In this document: positions 42,694 through 51,125 of the stretch, piece by piece
How positions within the stretch are numbered: position 1 is the first letter of the stretch
Layout of the letters: each line of letters starts with the position of its first letter
Assembly: GCA_963740355.1 (NCBI GenBank)
Contig: CAVUDW010000003.1
Coordinates: forward strand, 384,001 to 448,000
DNA length: 64,000 nucleotides
Direction: 5' to 3'
From: an uncultured Gemmatimonadaceae bacterium
GTDB lineage: Bacteria; Gemmatimonadota; Gemmatimonadetes; Gemmatimonadales; Gemmatimonadaceae
Position numbers and translations under genes: made by a program
The notes under the pieces: model-generated
Seen by the model: the letters and a program-made list of their open reading frames with translations, nothing else
What the model was told of the DNA's origin: nothing
Databases searched by the model: none

Positions 42694-42897
42694 AGCGTGG
42701 GCAGGCTCCATTGCGGCACGATGCCGTTCACCGTGCGAAGGTGATGGAATGTCCGAGGTGCTCGTGCTGGTCGCCACATGGTCATGAAAGATGTAGGTGT
42801 GCACGGTGGTCCAGCGGGACGTGGTGCGGCGCGCCGCCACGACGCGCGAATGCAGGCGACGCGGCACGGTCGCGATGCCGAGACCGTCACGGCGCGC

Positions 42898-44069
42898 TCA
42901 GGTGCCGCGCGTGATGAACAGGCCCGCACCCGTCGCGACGGCGCCCGCCCCCGCCAGCGGATGCAGATACGTGCGCTTCTTCCTGGTCGCGCTCGGACGC
43001 GTACCCATGCGCCGCGCTGTCCGTGCTGACCAGCTCCAGGAATGACGGGTCGATGTCGTGATACTCGAGCTTCGCACCGGTGCCGTTGCCGGTGAAGTGG
43101 CTGTTGTCGGCGAAGTACGAATCGACGACGCGATAGTGGCTGCGCGCTGGCGGCGCCTTTGTGCTGGAGACGGCCACACCTGCGTCGGCGCCGGCCGATT
43201 TCGCGTCCTGATGTGTCCAGACGTAGTTGCAGCGCGCCACGACGTTGTTGTGATACGCGAAGTCATCGGCGATGCCGGAGGTCCAGACGGCGCTGCCATA
43301 GAGGTCCTCATTCACGCAGTGGTGCATCGCGTGACCAGTCGTGCCGCCGCCCCAGTACACGACCGAGATCTTGAGGCCGCGGAAGATGCAATGGTGCACG
43401 ACGAGACCAGTGCCGAGCGCGATGATGCCGACATGGTTTGAGCGCCAGGATTTCGCTGCCTTCGAAAACGCACTGCGCGATCTCGAGGTCGTCCAACTCG
43501 GGACGCAGGCGCGTGACGGCGTACAGGCGCTTGATCACACCGGGGCGTGGACTTTCCACAATCGGCATGCCGAGAATCCGAAGTCCCTGGATCGTGACAT
43601 GACTGCTCTCGACGAGAATCCCATCGGCGGCGCCACCGAGCGTGTCGGGTTTGCCGTTCCACGTGTCCTTCATTGGCATCGTCGGGATCACTGTCGGCAT
43701 GCGGCCATGGTCCCACGCGACATCGTCCGGCAGCACCTCCGCACGAATCACGAGGCGCTCATCCTTGGTGAATCGACCGGGTCGGGGCGAGAAGAGCGCC
43801 GTTTCGCCGAGGACGTGGATACCTTCGGCCATCATGACCGTGAGCGGCCCGCGACCGCGGTCACGGCTCACCCGTCGCGCGGCCTCGGCCAGTGTGCGCA
43901 GCGGCGCGCCTCGACTACCGGTCTTTCCATCATCGCCGGAAGCGGGGTTCACGTACAGCGTCGTGCCGTCGGCCACGCCGCGCACCGCGCGCTCCGCGAA
44001 GGCGATGCGCGGAATCATCAATGCCGCAGCACCGAGTGCGGCGGTGCCGACGAACGTCCTGCGTTCCAT
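42898..44069 (-). CDS. Tat-exported right-handed beta-helix (DUF1565/pectin-lyase-like) protein, two frameshifts
   Basis: MERRTFV Tat motif; LYVNPASGDD..G....PLRTLAEA; continues across frames at ~43438 and ~42983. Confidence 0.72.
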
Positions 44070-44109
44070 ATGCTGCTCCTGAGTGGGTCGGTGCGAAGGT
44101 TGCAGCCTG

Positions 44110-44733
44110 TCAGCTGGCAGTGACGACGGCGGGCGAGATCGCCGTGCCACGACCGGCGACGTAGCCGAGGTAGATGTTGAGCAGGCCGAGTGGCTCGAGC
44201 AGGCGCGCGTTCGCCAGTGGGCCGGCGTCGACGGTGTCGAATCCGGCGCTCTCCACGAGGCCTGCGACCGCGGCCTTCGCGTCCGTGTCGTCGCCGGCGA
44301 GGAACACCTGCGCGCGATGCGCGCCGCCGAGCACCTGGGCGAACACCGTGTTGAACGCCTTCACGACTTTGGCGTGCGGCGCGAGCTTCTGGATTTCCTC
44401 ACCGGCGGAAGTCGTGAAGCCGACGGAGAGGCCGGACATGTCGGCGGTGAGCGGATTGGTGATGTCGATGACGATCTTGCCCGCCAGGTCGCCGCTTTCG
44501 CCGAGCGCTGCGGCGGCGGCCCCGTACGGCACGGCGAGGATCACGATGTCGGCCGCGGCGATCTCGCTGGCCTGCACGGCACGCGTGGCGTGGCCGGCCG
44601 CAGTGGCGGCGTCCGTTGCATGCGCGGCGTTGGTTGCCGTGATGGTGACGTCGTGCCCTGCGGCGGCGAATCGCGTCGCGAAGGCGCGACCCATGTTGCC
44701 AGCGCCGATGATGCCGATCTTGGAGTGTGCCAT
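44110..44733 (-). CDS. NADP oxidoreductase, F420-dependent family
   Basis: IGIIGAGNMG, VILAVPY, IDITNP, VVKAFNT, DAGPL. Confidence 0.92.
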   Translation of the reverse strand: MAHSKIGIIGAGNMGRAFATRFAAAGHDVTITATNAAHATDAATAAGHATRAVQASEIAAADIVILAVPYGAAAAALGESGDLAGKIVIDITNPLTADMSGLSVGFTTSAGEEIQKLAPHAKVVKAFNTVFAQVLGGAHRAQVFLAGDDTDAKAAVAGLVESAGFDTVDAGPLANARLLEPLGLLNIYLGYVAGRGTAISPAVVTAS

Positions 44734-44801
44734 GATGCGATTCCTCAGTGGTGTGATGTGATGTCGATGTCGTCGTGCGAACGCAGCCAGCCTGTTCTCA
44801 G

Positions 44802-44824
44802 ACTGTATCCAGTACAGATACAGT
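44802..44824. promoter_or_regulatory. Rrf2-type operator
   Basis: Perfect IR ACTGTATC-N7-GATACAGT. Confidence 0.8.
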
Positions 44825-44856
44825 TGTCGTACATTCGTGCTCTCTTCACGGTTCAA

Positions 44857-45291
44857 TTACGCGCGTGCCTTGCGTCGTGCCCGTTCGTTCACGTCGGTGA
44901 GTACATCCGCAATCGTCGTCCGTTCAAGTCGTGCGTCAACCGCGTCTTCGACCTGCTGAACCGTGTCACCCAGGGCGCTCGTGATGTTGCCGCCGACCTT
45001 GCAGAGCGGATGCGGCGAGGGGTGCAGCGGCACCAACACCCTGGTCTCGTCCACGGCGTGATAGACGTCGCGGAGCGTGATCGACGCTGCGTCGCGCGCC
45101 AGCACGGTGCCGCCACCACTGCCCTCCGTCCCCTTCGTCAGTCCGGCGCGACCCAACTGGGCCACCACGCGCCGCACGAACGACGGATTGGTGCCCACGC
45201 TGCCGGCCACGGTCTGCGACGTGACTGGTTCCCCGCCCTGTTCGGCGATGAAGACCAAGATGTGGACGGCGACGGCGAAGTGAGTATTCAC
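44857..45291 (-). CDS. Rrf2 family transcriptional regulator (single Cys, YwnA/SifR-like)
   Basis: NTHFAVAVHIL, SVGTNPSFVRRV, ITLRDVY, HPLCKVG; GTG start. Confidence 0.92.
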   Translation of the reverse strand: MNTHFAVAVHILVFIAEQGGEPVTSQTVAGSVGTNPSFVRRVVAQLGRAGLTKGTEGSGGGTVLARDAASITLRDVYHAVDETRVLVPLHPSPHPLCKVGGNITSALGDTVQQVEDAVDARLERTTIADVLTDVNERARRKARA

Positions 45292-45308
45292 ACGCGGGGA
45301 ATGAGTTT

Positions 45309-45345
45309 CTGTATCTATGTTAGATACCGTATCGACCCCTGTCAA
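45309..45345 (-). promoter_or_regulatory. rrf2 promoter with second operator copy
   Basis: TTGACA-17-TAACAT on minus; CTGTATC-N7-GATACCG at 45309-45329. Confidence 0.75.
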
Positions 45346-45667
45346 GGTCGGGGATCTCACGAGGGGGGCAGGACGGGATGGAGCATGAGAGGCTGCTGGG
45401 ACGTGGCCGGTCCACATCCGGCCCACACGCGGCGCGAAAGGCGTGTCGACGTGCTCTGACGCTGATCGACTTTCAACACCACGCAGCGCGTCTGCTCGCG
45501 TCGGCCGGCGAGGTGATGATGCATATACGCACCGTGTATGTGGCCGGCGGCACACCATTTCGGTCGCGCGGATTACCACCAGCTCACTGAGTCATGCGTG
45601 CCAATCGGGAGTCTGTCGCTTGACCCGGTGGGCACAGGATTTGGGACACGACGTGGCGCAAAACGAC

Positions 45668-45702
45668 GCAGACCCGCTGATCACGACGATCAGCGGGCCT
45701 GC
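45668..45702. terminator. Strong hairpin downstream of the tRNA fragment
   Basis: GCAG-A-CCCGCTGATC-ACGAC-GATCAGCGGG-C-CTGC. Confidence 0.65.
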
Positions 45703-45730
45703 AACTCTTTCAGAATCAAGACCTTCGAAA

Positions 45731-45772
45731 TCGGGACGACAGGATTCGAACCTGCGACCCCCTGAACCCCAT
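45731..45772 (-). mobile_element. tRNA-Pro(GGG) 3' half, attachment-site duplication
   Basis: ATGGGGTTCAGGGGGTCGCAGGTTCGAATCCTGTCGTCCCGA: anticodon loop, T-arm and 3' acceptor strand; the 5' half and D-arm are absent. Confidence 0.85.
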
Positions 45773-46063
45773 GCTCCGGGTCGGTAGCACAAGTCGTTGC
45801 TATACAGGGGGTTATGGTATCCAAACATGGATACGTTGCCCAGATTCAGGGGGTCATTGGCTCGCGGGGGACGTGTTCGGGGACAAAACGTCGCCAGCAA
45901 CGTCGCCGGGAAAACCGGGCCCGTTCGTGTCACAAATGCGGTCTACCTGCGGCGTGTCGCCGAGACGAGGCCTGCGCCAGCGTCGGACGCCGCCCTGCCC
46001 CTCTGCGCCGGCAGGGAGAAGGCGTCCGCCAGCCGTTGGATCGATGGAGATCAATCGCTGCGC

Positions 46064-46498
46064 TCAGCGACGCAGCGCCAGCACGACGACGCCGGCCGTG
46101 ACCATGGCAATCCCGATCCAATCGCGTGGGCTCGGCCGCTCGCCGAGGAAGACCACCGCGAAGACGGCGACCAGCACCACACTGAGCTTGTCCACCGGGG
46201 CGACGCGTGCGGCGTCACCGATCTTCAGCGCGCGGTAGTAGCACACCCACGACGCCCCGGTCGTGAGCGCCGACAGCGCGAGAAATCCGAGGGACCGTCG
46301 CGGCAGCGCGAAGGGGTCACGCCATTTGCCGAGCGCTGCGACGAACACGCCGAGGACCATTGCGATCATGGCGGTGCGGACGAGCGTCGCGAAATCCGAG
46401 TCGATCCCCTCCAACCCGGATTTGGCCGACACCGCGGTCAGCGCTGCGAAGACCGCGGACGCAACGGCCCACGGCAACCATCCGTCAGGTGCGCCCAT
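46064..46498 (-). CDS. EamA/DMT family small transporter
   Basis: SAVFAALTAVSAK.GLEGIDSDFAT..RT, SWVCYYRAL, VAPVDKLSV. Confidence 0.92.
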   Translation of the reverse strand: MGAPDGWLPWAVASAVFAALTAVSAKSGLEGIDSDFATLVRTAMIAMVLGVFVAALGKWRDPFALPRRSLGFLALSALTTGASWVCYYRALKIGDAARVAPVDKLSVVLVAVFAVVFLGERPSPRDWIGIAMVTAGVVVLALRR

Positions 46499-46745
46499 AC
46501 CGGCCTCCATCCAGAAGAAATTGCGCCCGCACAATGCGCACCGAGATGCAAGAGCCTGTGCGCGTCAGCGGGTCTGAGGACAGGCGCCTCGGCTCACGCG
46601 TGGCCATTCGGAGTATAGTCCCGAAGTCGCCGCACATCTCTCTCCCCGTGTGGCGTCCACACGGCACATATAAAGCGCCTCGGTGCCGACGTTGCCTCCC
46701 GCAGACAGTGGGGGTGCCCCTTTGCCTGTGTCCCGCACACCCACC

Positions 46746-47111
46746 ATGCCCACCGCCTCTGAGGACGACCACACGGACGCAGACCAGGTGACCGTCGCCG
46801 AGCTCGCTCAGCGCGACACCATCGCGATCCATGTGCTCTCAGTCTCCGCCACGATGGTCGGCGTCTGCCTGACCGTCATCGGGATCCTCCGCGTTGCCGC
46901 GCGGAACAACCTCGCCGGAACGCTCGCCGACGATCTGGTCGCCGTGGACGCGATTCTCTTCCTCTCCGCGGCACTGACGGCCTACGGTGCGCTCCGCTCA
47001 CGACGTATCGCAACACGGCGGCGCATCGAGGGCTGGGCTGATGTCCTCTTCGTGCTCGCGCTCGGCGTGATGACACTGGTCTGTGTCCTTGTCACGTGGA
47101 CGGTGCTGTGA
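46746..47111 (+). CDS. Small 3-TM hypothetical membrane protein
   Basis: HVLSVSATMVGVCLTVIG, ADDLVAVDAILF; three hydrophobic segments. Confidence 0.75.
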   Translation: MPTASEDDHTDADQVTVAELAQRDTIAIHVLSVSATMVGVCLTVIGILRVAARNNLAGTLADDLVAVDAILFLSAALTAYGALRSRRIATRRRIEGWADVLFVLALGVMTLVCVLVTWTVL

Positions 47112-47147
47112 TTCGCGCAGTCACGGATTGAAATCCTACCGGACGCA

Positions 47148-47720
47148 TCACGCGGCGTTGGGCACCGACACCGTCGCCTTGCGCTCGAGCTTTCCCCACC
47201 CGACGATGCGCCCACGCAATGCGGCCACAAATGAGCGCACGACGATCCAGTACATGACCTGCCGGTACGCAACGCGCTGCAGGAAGATCAGCCATGTCAG
47301 ACGGCGATCTTCGCCCGGCTCCATCATGAAGGCGATCACCGCCGCCACCCAGTCCACGACAAGGAAGACCAGCAGCTGCTCGAGATTCGTCACCGCGTAA
47401 GTCTCACCGTGCTCACGCCACGTCAACCAAACAGACACGAGGCTCCACAGGAAGACGAGATCGACGAGCGGCGACACCGCGGCGAACAGCAACTGGAAGA
47501 CCCAGACGTTCGGCATCGCGACCAGCCCGAGCGTGCCATAGCGTCGCCGGCGCAGCACCTCGCGATGCTTCCACATGCACTGGAGCGTGCCGACACTCCA
47601 CCGGAATCGCTGTTTTGCGAGGCCGGCAAACGTATCTGGCGCTTCAGTGTACGCCTCGGCCATGTTGGCGTAAGCGATACGGAATCCAAGCCGGCTGATG
47701 GCCAGCGTGAGGTCCTGGCG
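47148..47720 (-). pseudogene. 3' remnant of a processive GT2 (PgaC/IcaA-like) glycosyltransferase
   Basis: QDLT...AYTEAPDT..GLAKQRFRW (QxxRW) plus TM tail and WGKLERK; catalytic N-terminus missing. Confidence 0.8.
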
Positions 47721-47940
47721 CTCCCGCAACGCGCGACCGATAGGAAGCACGGGTGAGCACCCCGACGACTGGGCGGTTTTGAACCGATCCATGCGACGTC
47801 GCCGCCGGGTGTCCAGGAGGGGACGCGCTACGTCAGCACGTGGACGCGAGCGCACCGCTTGTCGCTCGGGCTGACCATACAGCACCAACTCTAGCCGGAC
47901 CGCCGCGCCGACGCCAAGCCCACTGACTTCAGCGCTGCAG

Positions 47941-50652
47941 TCACTTGTGCACGATCCCCGCCACCCCGCCAGAGATCAGCGTGGTGACATTCGTGAGGAC
48001 TCGCGGCAATGCAAATCCGCCCGGTGACGCGAGGTATCGCGGCTCCCAGACCGGTCCGAATTTTTCCTTGAACGCGCGTAACCCCTGAAAATTGTAGAAC
48101 TGCTCGCCGCGTCCAAAAACGAACGCACCGGCTCGTGACCAGAGCGGCGCCAGTTCCGGTCGTGCGAGCAGTGGCGAGGCCAGCCCCGCCAGCGGCGCCA
48201 TCCCGAGACTTGCCTTCGCGTACCCCTCCGCCTTGCCCCAGAGCAGCAACTGGATGAACAGGAAATCCATCACGCCTCGTGGGGCATGTGCCGACCGCCG
48301 CATGAGATCCGGCGAAAACTCACCACCCGGGGCGCCGCACCAGAGATTGGCAAATGCAACGATCTCTGTGCCACCGTTTCGCGGCGCGCGCACCACTGCG
48401 ATCGGAAAGTGTTGTAGGTACGCGTCGTCGAAGCATCCGAGCGAGAACCCCTTCTCGCGCGTCGATTTTCCACCCAGCCACTCATCGGAGATCGCGCGCA
48501 ACGTCGGTAACAGTGCCGGCACGGCCGCCGGTGGCACAACATCGAACGTCAGCCCAGCCTTCTCGGCCTCCGTGAGACTGCGTCGCATCCAGCGACGTTC
48601 CGCACCGGCGAGCGAGAACGACTCGAGCGCCACGAATGCCTCCTCGCCGAGCTTCAGCATCGTCAGGCCGAGATCGATGTAGAGCGGCAGGCGTTCCGCG
48701 GTCACCTGATAGAAGACGGGCCACGCTCCATGCGCGTCCGCTTCGAGCTTGAATCGCCACGCCGCATCGATCGCCGCATCGGTCGGCCCGATCGGGTCAC
48801 CCATCGCGATCCAGCTTCGGCCCGACACACCGTACATGACGAAAGCCGCCTCGGACGGATCGTACACCAGAGACTTGTCACCAAGCAGCACCAGTGAGGC
48901 GACACTTTCGGGTGTCGCAGCGACGATCGCCGCCGCGTGCCGCAGTTCGTCCGGTGTTGGCAAGTCCCGCGCATACGTGGCATGGCGCAGGAGGCGCGAG
49001 GCGCCGACAAGTACGACTGCCGCCACCGCACCCGCCGTGGCGCGAAGGAATCGCGGCGCGTTCCCGCGAGCTGCAAAGTCCCAGAACATGTCGGAGCTGT
49101 AGTCGACATGGCGGTATGTGAAGAGTCCGAGCCACACCGACGCCCCGATAACGGCCGTGACCGCCGCCAGCCATTGGGGTGACAACGGTTCAGTCGTCAG
49201 CGCGGACTTGCGGTAGAACGCGCCGCGTGCCGGGAGCAGCACCACGAGCGCGGCGGTGAGGGCGATCGCCTCCTCGTAGTCCAGTCCCTTCAACAGCGAG
49301 ACCACAATACCAAGACTGAGGAGGAGCACCGTCAGCCCCCACGCCGCGTCGAGCCGACGGCGCAGCGCCCAGCCGAGAATGAGTAAGCCCACGCCGACGA
49401 GACTACCGAGGAAGTGCGACAGTTCCACCAGGCCAAGGGGCAGTACCGTCGTCAGTGCACGCAGTCGACCAGAGGCCGCTGGCGTGACACCGGAGAACAG
49501 CAGAATAACGCCGGACACGAAGGTCGTGACGCCGATCGCCGTCGGAATCAGGGGCTGCACCACGCGTGCCCACTGTGCACCTTGCGCGACGGTCGCACGC
49601 GTTCGTGCGAGTACGATCGGCACCCGCGACCGGTGACGCAGCATTTCAAGCACCACCAGCGTGGATACCGCCGACACGAAAGGCATCAGATAGTAGATGG
49701 CTCGATATGCGACCAACGCGACCAGCGCTTCCTGCGCGGAAAGCACCGGCTGAAGGGCGAGAATCATGATCGTGTCGAAGACGCCGAGCCCGCCCGGGAT
49801 ATGACTGAGCACACCGACCGACTGCGCCAGTACGAACAATCCGACAAACGGCACGAACGCGATCGCGTGCCCGGACGGCAGAAGCACAAACAACACCAGA
49901 CTCGCGACAACCCAATCGACGCTCGCGAGCGCCAGCTGAGCGACCACCAGCCCGTGCGACGGAACCGAGAACAACCAGCCATAGACACGGACGGAGCGAC
50001 CGCGGCGGAGCAGCGACCAGAGCACATAGAGACCCGTGGCAAGGAGCAAGGCCGCGCCCACTGTCCGCGCCAGCGCGGGAACCACGTGCAGGAGTGCCAG
50101 CGAGCTCTCGGGTTCAATCAGCAGCGCAGCACCGCTGACAGCCATCATCCCGATGGTGAATGTCGTGCTGACGAAGGCGGCCGCACGTGCCATCTCCTCG
50201 GTGGACAGCCCCCACGCTGTCCAGAATCGCACGCGGACAGCGTTGCCAGTCAGCAGCGGAAAGCCCAGCATCTGACTGATGCCGTAGGAGAGCGATGACG
50301 CGAGAAGCACGCGTGGTGTGGTAATCCGCCGCTTGATGTACCGGAGTGCGAGTGCGTCGTAGCCGGCCAGCATGACGTACGCGAGCAGTGTCAGCGCCAG
50401 TGCGCCCATCACCTGCGGACGCGGCACCGTCGCCAACGCACTCATGACGGCGTCATATCCCGTGCCCGCCAATTCGGCCCGCAGCACCAGCAGCGCCGCG
50501 GCGAGGAGTCCCACGATGAGCACGGCGCCGATGGCCGGACGGTACGTGAGCCAACGCGACGCGGTGCCGAGGGATGCGGTCGAGAGCGCCGCACGGACGC
50601 GGTGCTGGTTTGCGCCGTCCGCTCTGGGAGGCGCGCTGATGACGTTCATCAA
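47941..50652 (-). CDS. mprF: Bifunctional aminoacyl-phosphatidylglycerol flippase/synthase
   Basis: SHIPGGLGVF, YRAIYYL, LLKGLDYEEA, WIAMGDP, KLGEEA, DLMR, GMAPLAG, FYNFQGLRAFKEKF.P.WEPRY. Confidence 0.96.
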   Translation of the reverse strand: MMNVISAPPRADGANQHRVRAALSTASLGTASRWLTYRPAIGAVLIVGLLAAALLVLRAELAGTGYDAVMSALATVPRPQVMGALALTLLAYVMLAGYDALALRYIKRRITTPRVLLASSLSYGISQMLGFPLLTGNAVRVRFWTAWGLSTEEMARAAAFVSTTFTIGMMAVSGAALLIEPESSLALLHVVPALARTVGAALLLATGLYVLWSLLRRGRSVRVYGWLFSVPSHGLVVAQLALASVDWVVASLVLFVLLPSGHAIAFVPFVGLFVLAQSVGVLSHIPGGLGVFDTIMILALQPVLSAQEALVALVAYRAIYYLMPFVSAVSTLVVLEMLRHRSRVPIVLARTRATVAQGAQWARVVQPLIPTAIGVTTFVSGVILLFSGVTPAASGRLRALTTVLPLGLVELSHFLGSLVGVGLLILGWALRRRLDAAWGLTVLLLSLGIVVSLLKGLDYEEAIALTAALVVLLPARGAFYRKSALTTEPLSPQWLAAVTAVIGASVWLGLFTYRHVDYSSDMFWDFAARGNAPRFLRATAGAVAAVVLVGASRLLRHATYARDLPTPDELRHAAAIVAATPESVASLVLLGDKSLVYDPSEAAFVMYGVSGRSWIAMGDPIGPTDAAIDAAWRFKLEADAHGAWPVFYQVTAERLPLYIDLGLTMLKLGEEAFVALESFSLAGAERRWMRRSLTEAEKAGLTFDVVPPAAVPALLPTLRAISDEWLGGKSTREKGFSLGCFDDAYLQHFPIAVVRAPRNGGTEIVAFANLWCGAPGGEFSPDLMRRSAHAPRGVMDFLFIQLLLWGKAEGYAKASLGMAPLAGLASPLLARPELAPLWSRAGAFVFGRGEQFYNFQGLRAFKEKFGPVWEPRYLASPGGFALPRVLTNVTTLISGGVAGIVHK

Positions 50653-51047
50653 TGATCTCGTGCGGAAGTGTGGCGTGTCACCCGACCCCCGTGTATCTCG
50701 TGCGCTGTCGCACAGGCGTGTATCAAACGGCTCGCGCGTACGGAATGGCCTTGCGCCGGCGGGTGCCGCTGCCGGTCGCGATACGACAGTGCCCTTCGTC
50801 GTCGCGCCGTTCGCCCTTCATGAACCAATCCAGAATGGCACGGACGACCGTGTGCGGTGCGCTGCGCCCTCGGAGCGATGTGACTGAGCGTGACGGCCGC
50901 TGGCCGGGCCTCCTGCCGCCCCGATGCGGTCGCCGACATTCCGAGCACCGACCTCCCCTCGGCCGCCGGTGATATGCGGGCGGCGGTGTCGAGCGGCGAT
51001 GGCGAATGGGCGGCATTGATCAGTGCTGTGTGGAAGGGTGACGCGAC

Positions 51048-51116
51048 GGCAGTGAGGCTGCAGTGAGCATCGTGTCAGTACGATAGGCCGCGGTACATCA
51101 CTCCAGCCTCACTCCC
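51048..51116. promoter_or_regulatory. Inverted pair of 11-bp-period direct-repeat boxes (OmpR-type)
   Basis: GGCAGTGAGGCTGCAGTGAGC (51048-51068) and, on minus, GGGAGTGAGGCTGGAGTGATG (51116-51096). Confidence 0.7.
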
Positions 51117-51125
51117 CGGGACCCG

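Noticed and set aside
45731..45800. Intact tRNA-Pro gene
   Set aside because: The 5' acceptor strand, D-arm and 5' anticodon stem are missing.
50653..51040. Small ORFs upstream of mprF and at 53145-53530
   Set aside because: No recognisable motifs, RBS or consistent frame.
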